The notes: generated by a model not told the origin, from the sequence alone. A stretch of DNA of 64,000 nucleotides from Thalia democratica (GCA_965202585.1 OZ241826.1:21390001-21454000), one strand, 5' to 3'. Positions 24,101-39,100 are shown, counted from the stretch's first letter. Numbers and translations: made by a program.

Positions 24101-27100
24101 TATAATAAAATTAATTTATAACACAAGACATTTATGAGATGACAACTAGTTTCAGAAAAAAAAACCAGATACACTATGGTATAAAGCATACACAGTTTTA
24201 AACTATGATGTTTCTTATATGTCATGTAAAACTAGCAACTTCCTCCGATTTTATTCAGTTGAAAACAAGCAGACTAAACATATCCATTGATATAGAGTTA
24301 TGATATTATATACACAGTACCCATACATATTGTACACGCATTTAATATTAAAAAATATTCTAGTCAGGTAATAACAAGCAAGCTTTAGAATGACTTGATA
24401 TTTTACACTATGACATTATATTCACACATATATATTATATATTGTATTATAAGTTCTCCATAAAAAAAAATTAATCAGGTTATAACAAGCAGACTGAAGA
24501 GATCACTAGATTTTAACGATAATATACACTATCATACACCCCTAACATATTCCACACATATTTACGCACATATACATTGGTTATCATTACAAACTGTTTT
24601 GTTTAGGTGATTACGAGCAGGCTGAAGATATCACTTGATGTCGCCGATAATATTTACCATCATACACCCCTAATATATTCCACACATATTTACACACATA
24701 TACACTGGTTATTTTTACAAATTAATTTCATTCAGGTGATTACGAGCAGGCTGAAGATATCACTTGATGTCGCCGGCGCAACTTTCATGGCGGCGGGAGG
24801 ATCGGCTCCAGAATTGTTTACTTCAGTTGTCGGAGTTTTCTTCGCCAAGAGTGACGTTGGTGTGGGTAAGTAGAACACTTTTGTGTAATTTTTTACCTAA
24901 ATCAACTATTGGAGTTTTTTTTTGCTAAGAGTGATTTTGGTGTAGGTTAGTAAAAAAAGCTTATGTATATTTACAATTGTAGTTGTAGTTATTTTGCAAA
25001 AAGTGAATTCGAAGTAGGTGTGTTAGAGGGAAATGTGGTACAAAAATAATTAACACAGTATGTTGGTTATAAAATCCAAGTCTATTTTAAGACTAAAATA
25101 TTTTTCACACAACAATTGACTCTTACTTTATTTTATATATTATCGTTTATCATGGTTTATTTGTTTATATAAGCCTAATAAAACTCATAATTATTAATTA
25201 TATAAACTTGTAGACAAATTTTAAGTCAAATAACACTTAGGCTCTTTTTACGAGTAGTTATTTGAATTTTAACAAAAACAAACCAAAACACAAAGATATT
25301 TTTATTACTAAGCAAAGCTGTTTTGGGACAATTAGATATTTTTTATTATGAAAATTTTAGCCATAAAACTTTGAAATTTAAAGTTAAATATCAAGAATCT
25401 TTATTACTTACTTAATAAAGGACTGTGTTTTTGATAATAAGCAATACTATACTAAATATTGAATTTACTAAATACGATTTGAATTAAAATTTACAAAACC
25501 GTATTGAAAGCAAACTTAGTTCATTGAAACATTTAATTTAGTTGATAACTATTTTTATATCTGATAATATTTGTATCAAGTGTCTTAATTAGTATATCTC
25601 TAACCGTATAAAGTTTTACAACGTTATTGAGATTGTAGTCTTAAAAGTATATGATCCATTCAAAAAGAAATTCAGGCCGAGGATTAAACAAGGTAAAACT
25701 TCAAAAACAAAAACTGCAATTCCGTTTAACCCAGAAACCTAAAACTTTCATAATTTTTTATATGAAGTATGCAGAGTCGTGTTGCATAACGCAATGTGGC
25801 TTTGAAATCGATAACTGGCACTATGACGTCATTTGCTAATGAACCGTGCGAGTTAATTCTTGAAATCCAAGTAATAAGCCGCATAAATCTTTGTCATGCT
25901 AACCAGATTATTTCAGTACTGACAGTGGATTATGCTGCTTGAAAAAGTAATACCAGCACAGTATTATTTTTAAAATTTTAAACTAAGCTGATATCTAGGT
26001 TCTAGGTAATAGCTCGAATTTTAAGTTTTTTGCTTGTACTTACCATGTGTTTGTTATGAACTTGTTAAACTAAGTTTTTATATTTAACTAAGAGTTATTA
26101 AATATTATACTTCATTATTTAGTATATTCTACTAGACATAACGAGTTATTGTTTGTTTGAAAAAACAAACGTTTTTTATGTATTTTAGTACGCTTAATAC
26201 ACTTACAAACTGTAAATCTAGCTGAGAATAATAAACAAAAAGTCAATAATAATAACTTTATCAAATACCCATTGCATAATATTTCTGACTTAATGTAATC
26301 ACTTTATGTACAAAACTAAATCGAGCTGTGAACTAAAGGCAGGTTTACAGAAACACTACACAAAAATAAATAAGTCAGTGCATAAAGTTCATGCTTTTTT
26401 GTAACAATACTTTATAAAAAGAATGTTGCAAACTTTACTCTACATTTTCACAACTCTGACCACAATTTTTATCAAAGTTTGATAAAAGGAAGTGTAACAA
26501 AGTTCAAAAACTGTGAAAACCCTTTTGTCTATCACTGTATTAAAACTAGGGTTTCAAAGCTATATCACAAAAAAAATATTTTAATCTCTTTTAACGACTT
26601 TAATAGAAGTTTAATAAATATTTTAAATACAAGTGAATAATGTAAAGTAATAAACAACCACTAGTGAAAAAACAAATTAGTAATTATATATATACGAAAC
26701 TTAGTGTTAGAAAACAGAAACATTTTCTTCACATAAGTTTTTCCTAACCTCAACACCTTTCAGGCACAATACTCTGGTCTAAGGTGAGTTATTCGAAGCA
26801 ATTAAATAAGTTTTTTTCAAATTCAAACCAACCAACAACTTTAACTAATAAACATTTACTCCAGGAACAACCTCAAATTTATATAGTAAAACAGCAAACA
26901 CTAAAAAAGAAAACTACTAGTTCTCCATATAATTTTTATCACACCTCAACATTTCCAGGCACAATAGTTGGCAGTACAGTGCCACAGTAGACTAATATGC
27001 GTCGATTTACCAAATAGTTTTAAGTACTAACACTAGTGCTGTATATTACAACTAAACTTCTAAGAACTGAAACACTTAAAACAAAAAACAAGTATTGTGC

Positions 27101-30100
27101 ATCTACAATAGTTGGCAGTGCAATTCTCTACATTTTTTTCATACATAACTTTAAAAACACAACTAATTTACTTAGTTAAATTTCATTTCCAGGCACGATA
27201 GTCGGATCTGCGGTGTTCAACATTCTGTTCATGCATACTATATAAAGCACAACTAATTTAAGTTGAACTTCATTTCCAGGCACAGTAATAGGATCTTAAG
27301 TTATTCTTAGAACATTACAATAGAACTATACACTACAACTAGATTTAAAAACGACTTTAAACGACACATTAACTAATAAATATTTATTTTCCAGGCACGA
27401 TAGTGGGATCTGCGGTGTTCAACATTCTGTTCGTCATCGGGGCGTGCGCCCTGGTAAGCAAAAAACCGCTAGAACTAACGTGGTGGCCGCTCTTCAGGGA
27501 CTGCGTCTTCTACCTGATATGCCTAACCGCATTGATAATAACCTTCACCGACTACCAAGTCACCGTTAGTTTGTTTAAATTGTTAAAAAAACAGCCTAAG
27601 TCAAACAATGCTCAAAAGTTTAGATTTGTAAACTTTTGATGGTAATTTGCCTATTTCTAGTTTGATGATATAAACTGTGTTACTACATTTATCTAAACAT
27701 AGATTAACTGTAAATTACTACTTTTAACTTATTGATTAGATACAATTCAAATGTGTCTCTAAGATTATGTTGGAATTTGTGGAAGAAGAAAGTTTAAACA
27801 TGTAACACGGTTTAATTTTCAAAACATACATTTTATAATAAGATATTTAATTTACGTAGCTATTTAAATAATATATAAAATGTCTAAAACAAAAACAAGA
27901 CTTATAAGTTGTGTAACAGCCAAAATAGTTACTTTTAACTAAAAATTTTAAACTTAAAATTTCGTCACGACCGCGCTTTTTCTCTGAACAACACGTCACA
28001 ACATGCAAATCAGCGTTTTCGCAACAAACATTTCTCGGAAACAAAGATAATTAAATCAACCGCCTTCTGTTTTACCGAAAAAATTCTAACATTTTCCGCG
28101 CTTATCTTCCCATTTAAAATCTCTCCTCCCTCAATTATTCACGACTCGCAATGTGACGTCATAAAGAAACAGCAGCGCGTTCCAGTGCTCGTGACGTCAC
28201 AGCGAGATAGCAGAGCGGCCTGACGTGATTGAAAATAAGCTAATTGACCCTCAGCTAGCCAGTGGCACGTTGCGCAATTGACTTTTGTGGCGCTTTCGGC
28301 TTTTGGCATTTGCAAGGTGGCAGGGCAAAAGTTTACTCTGATAAGTTTGCAGTTTTTGTAATAAGACGCAAATACACTTAACCGTCGTGATATTAAAATT
28401 ATCCTTTTGTATAACGAAATAAAATCAACAATATATTTCTAAACTGAAGCTCGAAAGTTACAAAAATATTATTTTATATAATGATCGTGTTTAATAAAAG
28501 AAAGCAAGCAATATGTTTATTTGAAACAAAACGCTGTCTCAGAGTAATTTTGGCGCCAAAAAATAGAATTTAATGATTGCAAAAAGTGTAATAAAATTTA
28601 TAACATCAGCCAAGTTTCTTTGCGGTGGTTTAAGTTTTGAGAAATTTAATATTATTTATACGAGATGTTCGGTAAAGTTGCAATAATCTATACATATGGA
28701 AATAAAATGCGAACTTTTTATTCTTGTATTGCAAAAACAGCTATAAAAATCTGCCGGATAATCTAAAATGTATCCGCCAAAAAAATACAAAGAGATTATA
28801 TCTACTTTTTGCCAACTTATAGCGAATTTAAACCTCCCTAAAACAAAAGTCTTGTTCAGCTCAATTTGTTCAGTAATGTAGTTAATCGGCTTAGTGGTAA
28901 AAATTTAACGATTTAATTTTTTATTTTGTTGTTTTGATTTTTTTCCTCTGATTGCATTTTTACATAAATCATTTACATTTTAATCGTTTTTTTTTAATCT
29001 TTAAAGCTTGTTTGTTAAACTGTAGGGAAACAAAATTAAGCAAATTTCAAATACTGATGCACAACCATTATAAAATAACTTGTTTTAAATCCTTCAAAAC
29101 CAATTAGTTCTTTTTCGTAGTGCAAAAAAAATTAGATCAGAAAAAAAATGACAAAAATTTCTTTAATATATTATTAGTAGTTCTAAAAAGCTTGGTTTTG
29201 CATTCCTGGCTGCTTAAAAACAAAAATGAGTTTACTTCATTTTGGCAGGCGGGCTACTAATTATTTTTAAAAATTCATGCGATCTTTAGAAAGAGGTTCA
29301 TGAAAATAATTGTTTTCTTTTCCCTCGTACAATGTCACCTTTGAGAATGCTGAAGCTTTTGCAAAGTGCTTTGCGCCGGTCATTTGAGAGTTGCAAAGTC
29401 AATTTGTCGAGTAAATCAATCAAAAGGAGAGTTTTTATTGAAAACAGAAATTAATTGAGTTTGCATCGGATGTCAGCTTAAGTTTATAAGTTGGTTTCAT
29501 AAAACAAAAACTCAATGGTTGTCTAATTTACTTATGTAAAACTCACAGTATACTTGTTAATAAAACCTGTTCGAAAATAATTAAGTAGATTTTTAAACAA
29601 CTTAATTTTTGATTTTGATTAGTGTTTTCTTTTTGTTTTTAATCAAAATGCAGCTTTTTATTTTTAATGTTTCGAAAACTTTAATAATACTACCTAGGCA
29701 AATGTTTTTGTGCATTATAAAAGATCAACTTAAAATAAATCGGCTTTAATTAAACACGATAATACCTTTTTAGTTATCATATAAAATTTTCTATTAATTT
29801 TATTAAAACCCTACATTTTTGATATAAAAGTTTGTTATACTAACTTAATAATACTTTTACTTAAAACTGTACGTTCACTGTTACAAAAACACAAATCATG
29901 CTGTTCTATTTTCGAGTATAGGTGAGAAAATTCAGTTTAGATTGAAGTGGAAAATGTTTTTCTTTATTGTTTTCTCGTGTGACATTTTATTTTGGAGCCG
30001 TGCACGTAGGCATTATGAAACGACTTTTTTATTTGTTTTTGCACATTCGGCCAACATATCGATTTGCGAGCTAGCTATAAAAAGTTTCAAAACTTTTTTC

Positions 30101-33100
30101 TCCTCAGCAGAACAACTTTGTGTTAAGGTTTTAAAATCAATGTTACACTTTTTTAGTTTTGTTAAAACGACAAATTAAGATTATAATTCTAAGATATTAA
30201 CACTTAATTTTGTATATTCCGTTTTTAAAATGTATTTGAGTTAAATAAAAAAGTTTAACAGCTACCCTTGAGTATTTAAAATGGTTTGGATGATATAGTT
30301 TCATTTGAAAGCTATATTTAGACTAAATCTAATGCTAAAACGAACATAAAAATGTAAATAAAAACTTTTTTGCGTTCAAAATTTTTGTAAAACACCTGTC
30401 TTTAAAAACAACATACACATATTTCAATTTATTGCTAAGGAGAGTAATATAAACTCTAGTATTCTAAGATTTTGTTTACAAAACGATTAAAACTTTATTT
30501 ATAAATAGACTGTGGTTTAATTTCATAAACTGAACAAAAGTTAATACTGTTGAAATAATTTAAACAATAGTTATGTTATCTAAATTAAGTAATACGCTGA
30601 CTACTGAATGTACATGAGTTAAGTGTACAAATGACCCATTTTTAAATAGATCAAAAATTAATAGCGTTTTATTGAAAATCTAAGTAGTCATGTAAAAGGA
30701 AACTCAAACACCAAAAAATTATAATACAAATTAAAAAAAAAGTGTTTACCTATTAGGTAACTTAGCTAAATATTTTAATGATTCAGTAGCCTACTAACTA
30801 CATTTTGTATTTATTCTTTTGTTATAACAAACTAAAACACTCTTTAACAGCTGTGTGAATCCCTTATACTGATAAGTTTGTACGTGTTATACGTCATAAT
30901 CATGGCGAACAACAAGAAAATTGAAGCAAAAGTTAAAGGTATGCTCAACAAGTCTTCAAATAACAACAATGTTGTCACGAACGGAAAAATATCGCCTATG
31001 AAAGTAAGTTTGTTATTAAGATTGCTCAATTGTATTGAACTTAAATTGTATTATACGTTAAATAGATTATTTGATTTATCTAAAATAATATGAAAAAATC
31101 TCTACTTCTAAAGGAGATTAATACTGTTTATAATTAGAACAAGACTTTAATTAGTAAACTAAGTTTCTGTCAAAGACCTCATCAGTGCTTGTATAAGTCT
31201 TGTTCAAATGGAATCTAAATTGTTATTGACTGAAAAGTTTTAAAACTTTGTTTGTTGTATATAATTTTAATCATTTTTCCCATTAAAAAAAATTCGAAAA
31301 TTAGCCAATTCTACATCATAAAGCATTAAAATGATTGCATTATAATGTTTTTATCTGCTACTAATTATTACTTGTTTGAACTTGATCTGATACATCATAA
31401 AGTAGTCTATAACATTTTATTTCAAATTGTTAGGTCTTTAACGTTTACTTGTTTTGTGTTTATTTTTAATTAGTAGTTCTAACCACTTTTATCACATAGG
31501 ACACTGAAGTTTCAAAAAGCGTGCAGGCGGTTGTGAAAACTCTGAACAACCAGGATAAAGAGAAGAAGAAAAATAAAAATTCGTTCAGCATGGGAATGAT
31601 TCATCTGATCATGCACACACTGGATCCCATGACTGAAGGTAAAAATAACTTGATAAAAATAATGTTGTAACTTTAAAGGCTCTTTAAATAAAACGAACAA
31701 AAATCATGCTTTTTTACACATTATTGTATACGGGTGCATGACAATTCAAATTCATAAAAAAAATTGAAAGGGCCACTACTAAAAAAGTAATGTATATTTG
31801 TCTAATGTAAAAAATACATATGTAGGTGCTATTAATAACTGTAAGCCATTTTTTTCTTTTTGCAAAACATTAAGTATTTTTTGAGATATTGCTTAGATAA
31901 AGTTAAAAACATAGTTATTTTTAGTAGATTTAAAATATCTTAAATTATATTCAAGACTTTACAAAAAAGAAAAAAATAGCTTGTAGATATTAATAAGATA
32001 TACATATGTATTTTTAATTGTTTTCATATTTATATTATGTATTGAAATATAGATTTTTAAATATTTTTTAAGAATTTTAATTGTCGGAATTTCAGTTGTC
32101 CGAAAATGAACTGTCATGTAACCAGTGTATACATAAAGTAATAAGAAAATTAGGCTACGAAGAAAAATTTTTAAAAGAGATGTTAATGAACTATTGAGTT
32201 AGTTTAATGTTGAAGTATAGATGAACTTAATGAACAGAGCTACGTATTTTTCACATAGCAGTTTGTACGAAATGACAGCTAAATGAACCTAATAAAAATT
32301 TGCATAATTTTCGTTTTTCAACTATTTGGTAAATGTTGTCAAACAAACAGATGCCAATGGCAAGCAAGTAGCAAAGTTGTACTCGAACACAAATGGAAAA
32401 CTTTCAAACGAAACTAGTGAAACGAACAACTCTTTCAGGAATGACTTACAGTTAGTATTATTACAATTGTTAACTTAAATAGTATACTTAAAAGTTAAAA
32501 TACAAACAAAGTACTACAGTTTTTCAGTAAAATAAGATATTTTTACGGTACAATTTTTTGTTTTATATGATATATTTTATATGTATACAAAACACAGATA
32601 AAGTACTAAAACTTATTAGGCAAAAATTATTTTTCGATTGCAATTATTTCTTTTATAAGAAACAAACTACAAACTTATAGCATTAGTACAAGTTTGTTTT
32701 ACTGAAATGTGTTTGTAATTAAAGATTAGTAACAAAAACCTTGAAGTTTTTAAATGATGTATATACATAGAGCTCATTCCAAAAATTTAGAAATTAGGTA
32801 AGAGCTAGCTATTCAGATTCAATAAAATTTTTTAAGTTAAGTTTAAATCAAAATTAGACTACCAACTTTTACTTTTTTCTATTTGCAGTGGAAACGACAA
32901 TGCTTTAAGAATTCAAGAACAAAAAAAAGTCACAGCAGTCGTATGCATAGACCAAGGTTTGTTTAATTTGTTTAACCAAAAAATTGTAACAGCAAAAAAA
33001 AAAAAATTAATCTTCGTAAGCTTCAATGAATATTTATTTATTTTTACAAAAAATAAAAATTGTGAACGCTGAAATCTATTTTCATATAAATTGTCTGTTT

Positions 33101-36100
33101 AAATGCTGATGTATATAATAGCTTTGTTTTCAGAAAATGTTATTTTAGTAGTAACAGCAAGATTATTTAATAATCAAGTAAACTTAGCTGGTTTAAACAT
33201 ACATTGACAGTTTTGACTAAAAAGTTAAGTTGCTTGTATTGTTTAATTTTACAAAACAAAATAAAGTTTAAAACATTTTTATAAAATGTACAACAAAAAA
33301 TGAAGTTTATTGTCAGTATAAAAAAACTAATCTAAGATGTACGTACATTCTGATGGTAAATAATAAAAAATGCTACAAATGGGCGTCAGAAAATTACGTT
33401 ACTTTTTGCATTTCCTAAGATGTTCACGTGCTGATATTTCAACATTAATTTGTTTCAAACGTTTATTTTTGCAAACTTGCGTATGTAAAGAATTTATTTA
33501 CGATGTTTAAAAATAACAATTCAATAAAAACATTTTTATCAATTTAAAACTATAAACATACGCATGAGTAATGCTTTTAGCATGTGAAAAAATGATTATA
33601 CACGTTAACAAAGACAAATTTTAAATTGTTTATAGGTGGTATTAATTATCCTTTAAACTTGTTCTATGACATTTAAACAACTTTTTTTTGAAATAAAAAT
33701 GATTAAAAAGAATTGAAAGTTTATAATGTAAAACTTATAACTTTTATCAAAAAAATTGTAAGATAAACTCTAGGCAAACAGCAAGTTGATACACAGAACC
33801 AATTTGATTGTTTTATAAATAGAAATTTACATATTTTTTATATAATTATCAAATTATTTTAAAAAGAAGTTTAAATAAGTTATTGCCTTTACTTTGTAAC
33901 ACTTTGTCTTCAAAAACTAACAATTCAGTGTGAACTCAATTTTAAAAATTTGTACTCGCTTGGTTAAGCACTAAGTTTTTAATTTTTTTTAGTGGGAACA
34001 ATAATCAGCATTTTTTTTTAAGCTAAATACTCTACTTTATTTAAAATTATAATACATATAAACAGTATAGCAGTAAAATGACTTATGTAATGCAGTAACT
34101 AAGTTTAAAATATAAAACTTAGTTACTGCAGACTAAAGAAGTAAAATGTACAGAAAATAAAAATAAAAACAATAAATAATTTATTCTGCTATGTGTAAAC
34201 TAATATTGAAAAAAAAAGTTTTGAAATGCTACAGTTTGACAAAGTTGTTCAGTGCTTGCGCAGTTTCTTACAAAATATAAAATTTATGATACTTAAAGAA
34301 TAGTAAAAGAGCAACATTTTATAGTTTAAAAAACAATAAATACAATAAAATAATTATAAATATACTTATCATCAAAATATTAGAAACAACTTATTCGGTT
34401 TGTAAAAAAAATTGTTAACGAAACTTTTCACAATCAATTAAGTTAAAAAATTATATTAAAAAGACCAAAACGAACCAACTTAAACAACTAAATGAAACAA
34501 AACAGATGCAGAGGTGTCAGCCAATCAACAAACTTTAAACCACACTACATTGACTCTACAGGATAGACATGAAGTTAGTTATTTTTAAAACTATTCACTT
34601 TTCTAAGTTAATTAATACCAATATTTTTGTTTAATATATGCAACTAACTTTATTTTGTACTTTTGACATTTTTTTTTCTAGTTTAAACGGTAGTAAACGT
34701 AAAAGTTTCAACGGTACAAAAACAATTTTACAACTGCAACTTTGTAAACTTTACTTACAAAAAACCAAACAAATGTCATTTGTGCAGCATAAAAGCAAAC
34801 AAACGAAATCCCCCGCAAAAGAAGCAAACGCACAAACTTTTGAAATGTATTCGCTGTTGACTCCTAGAATTTTTTTTATTTATTGGCTTCGTGAATGACG
34901 CAAAACCATCGGATCAACCGGGGCCGAGCTTCGCTGAAAAACTCTAAACATTTGCTTTCCATCGCGCAAACTGCTTTCTCTTTGTATTGATTTTATCCGC
35001 GATACATCCTTTTCCACAGCAGATTATTCAAACTTTGCAAAGACGACCCTACGGTTTAAAAGACCTTTAATTCACATGTTAATTGATTCTAAAAATGTCT
35101 AATGCGAGCGCTTTAAGTAGCAGTTTAACGTCTTTTGAGGTTTTGTCGCGGTGTTTTCGTGCATGTTGGTCGACGTTAAAACTTTAAGCTTTGCGCCGGG
35201 AAAGTTTGAAAGTCTGCCGCGCACTGTGTGTAATTCTAAACATAGAACGGATTACGCTCTAATTGCATTAAAGTGGAGTTGCATTTGGAGAATCGATAAA
35301 ACGGGGGGTTGGATTTTACTTAAGTCTGTTTCGAAGAAGTTATGTGTTGTTGTTATAAACAAAGTGAATTTAGATTTATAGTTGGAAGAAAATACAAAAC
35401 ATTTCACGAAAGAATAGATAATTAATTTTCAACACAAAGTTATAATTGAAACTTTACGAAGCTTTAATTTCTTTTTTGCTTTTGAATCTTATTGAAATAA
35501 CATGCATCTGAAAAACTTCAAATTCAACTTGAAATCATGCTGCAATTTTTATTCAGTTTTGTCTGCAATGCTAGGTCTACAGCTGTTTTGACTTTAAACA
35601 GTTTTACAACATTAAAAGTTTTCAACAGTCTGTTGACGTGCTTTAGAACAATTGTTTTGTTTATTCTATTTTAATAATTAATACTATGTTTGTTAAAGGT
35701 ATTTTTTTTTAAACCTCGTAAAGTTAAAAACTATTTTGTTAACTTTTTTTTTTCTAATAGTTGACAAAAATATAGTGGAGGTTAAAAACTTTTTACAATT
35801 TTTTTTCTTAATAACAAATATTTTAAAACATGCTTAAACTATTGTTATATTAATTAACTTATTCTTCAAACAATACTTTTGTAAAACTTTAAAAATTGAA
35901 TTACTTTCTTTATTGATACAAATTTTCGAAATTGTATTCTCAAGTATTAATAATATATTAACCACGGTATCTTTTATACAGAACGGTCACACGAAACCAG
36001 ACATAAAACATCAAAACGGCATTGCAAACGGCAAAGGTAACTTTTAAAACACAACTACACTTAAACGTTATACTTGACTTAAACATCTTATAAAAAAGTC

Positions 36101-39100
36101 TTACAACGTTTAACATTATAAAAAAACTTGTGTTACATTAAGTTTGTTTAAAAATTTTCCTGATATTTTTAAACAGTTATTAAAAGTCTCAAAGTCATCA
36201 TTTTTTTAGACCACCGGCTCAGCGTTGATATCGAACTGGAGTCCAGAGTTAGTATTTTTAAGTGTTATTTTTTTTTGCAATGCTTATTGTCTGTTTATTT
36301 TGTTTATATGTTTTATATATTTACATTATTTGAGTTAAATCGTTAGTCAATTATACTTTTATTGCTATTCTAAGGGTAACAAAATACTATACATATAATT
36401 ACAGATTTTTTTTTCTTTTTAAATTGACCAACAAAAACTTTTTATAAAACTTAGTTGTTTTTAAAAACAATTTATATGTAAGTATTCACAAGTAAAACTT
36501 AGTATCTCCAATTAATTTATGAAGCTAGCAAAAATTATAAACATTTATTCTGATTTCAACGTATTAAAATCCAGTGACTATCAAAAAGTCAGATGGCTAG
36601 TTCAATCTAATTTTTTCAACCTACTAAAAAAACACGATTACCCAATCACTTTATCAAAATAATATTAATCAACCAATCAGATGGCTAGCGACTCGTCAGA
36701 GGAGGAGGAGTCGGTTCCGTTCGACATGTCCTGGCCGCAGTCCAACAAGAAGAGGTGCTTGTACTTGTTCATATTGCCGATAACGCTGCCACTGAGCCTC
36801 ACTCTCCCGGATGTGAGGAAACCCGTGAGTTTTACTTTTTGTCGAATTGTCAAATCGGACTTTATAAATACTTTTAAATATCTTTGAAATTATCAAAAAG
36901 TTTAATGTCAAAAGTTAAGGTAATTTGTCTAATTTAAATGGAAGTGAACTACAGTTATAAAGCTTTTATAGACATCGAATTTTTTTTTCCTTCGAAGTTC
37001 TATTTTAAAATATTTTTCTTCATTTAGCTTAAAACTTGCATTAAAATGAGATAAAGTCTAATTAAAACTTTTTTGTGAAAACAAAAATTCTTCCAAGATA
37101 AGTTTTACTTTTTAAAATACAAATGCATTAAATTTATCAACAGTAACACTTTTACCTCCGAATTTTTCATTTTAGTTGCTTAAAATGATTTTATCTCATC
37201 TCTTTAGTGTTAAGAATGTAATATAGAGATAAAAAGCTTTTAAGTTCGTATTTTTTTTTACTCAGTTCATTGATACTACTTACATGTAGAGTTTACTTTT
37301 TGAAGTTTTAAAGGTAATTAAAATCATCAGATAAAGTTTTTTTTTCTCAAATAGAACAAAAGTTTAAGCTAACCACTAAATACGTTCAAAGTATAAATAA
37401 AACACTTCAACATGTTTTTTGTTACTGTCCAACGCAGTCAAAGCTTATTTTTCCTTAAAAATTTTGTAAAAGGCCAAAAATTAGTAGTTATAGCTCACAT
37501 AAGTAACGCATTTTGATTTAAAGATGATTATATACTTTAAAACGTTTTGAACCTTTTAAGTTTTTTCAAGGTATTTAAAAGGAAGTTATTTAGTTTGTTA
37601 GTTTTTAAATTATTTTCAGAAGCTTAAGGAAGAAAAATAATTTTTAATGCAAGTTGATAAAACTAATTAAATGCAAAATGTTTAAAAAACTATCTAAAGT
37701 TTTGTTCAAGTATGAAATTTAAAATAAAAACACAATCCACCCACAGCTGACATAGAAAACATTCAAGTTAATGAAAACCTTGATTTTTTTCATTACACAA
37801 ACTTGACATGCAAATTCCCAAGTGCATCTGTCAAAAACACAAAACACAGGTTTTCACGCAAAAATGCAGATATTCGTTTCTACGCTGAAATTGTTTTTAC
37901 GTCAAAACAACGAGACAGCTTGTGTCAGGCTCACGTAGCCAATTTGTCAGGGGACTCCCCTCGCCTATGAATAATTCACCAGTTTGTTGTTCGGCCATAT
38001 TGTCAACGGGGCTCACGCGCATCTGAGTTGTACCTGACCGCGTATCAGGAGAGATATGTATCTTGACTTTTGATTTACGTAGCTTTCTTCTGAAAGTTAT
38101 TCCGTACTTTTAAGTATAAGTCTTCAGTCTGTTTTCGCTTTATTCATTTCTTTTCAGTTTATGTTAACTACAATGATAAAGCTTTTATTACTTTATTATT
38201 ATACTTTTTCGACAGCTAAAACCTTTGTTATCTTTGCTAATTATATTAAAAAACATTTACTTCTACTAATAACTGTAATAACATAACTGTTGAGGTTTGT
38301 GACACTTTTAAGACGAATCAACTTGTTTTAACAGAACAGAGAAAAGTATTTCTTGATAACTTTTGCAATGAGCATACTTTGGATTGGATTTTTCACTTAC
38401 TTAATGGTCTGGTGGGCTCATCAGGTTAAACTTAATTGTTTTATATTTCAAGGTTAATTTTAAAATTTTTTAGAGTGTTTTTTTAATTCACCGTTAAATG
38501 TACACGAATTACAAAAAAAAACTTGTCTAAAAACAAGGTATAAAAACATTTTTTGTCAATAGCAACTTCTTGTGTGTATATTTTATATGTAAGCAGTCAC
38601 AATGATTATATTTTATTTTGTATTTTATAATACTCACGTTTCAGCGCAACAAATACACCACTTCTACAAAACATTTAAACAACTTTTTTCTTCACAGGAA
38701 ATCACTTTAAATAAAGTTATTTTTTGTCCACTGGTAGCTTCTTCAATGAAACCTGTATATTTTTTCAAACAGGTGGTAGAAACAACCGGCATGTCGGAAA
38801 CCGTGATGGGTCTGACCTTTCTGGCGGCGGGAACTTCCGTGCCGGACCTCATCACTTCCGTCATCGTCGCCAGGAAGGGAAGAGGCGACATGGCCGTCAG
38901 CAGCTCGGTGGGCAGCAACATATTCGACGTCACCATCGGGTTAGTGTGACGTCATAAAAGGAAAAATTATGTTGATTAATACGCCGTCCTTGTACGTCGT
39001 AAGTCTATTTAACATCTAGTTCGGTGAACAACAACATATTTAACGTAAATATTTCATTAGTGTTACGTCAAAATCAGAAATGATGATAAAGAAAGATTTG

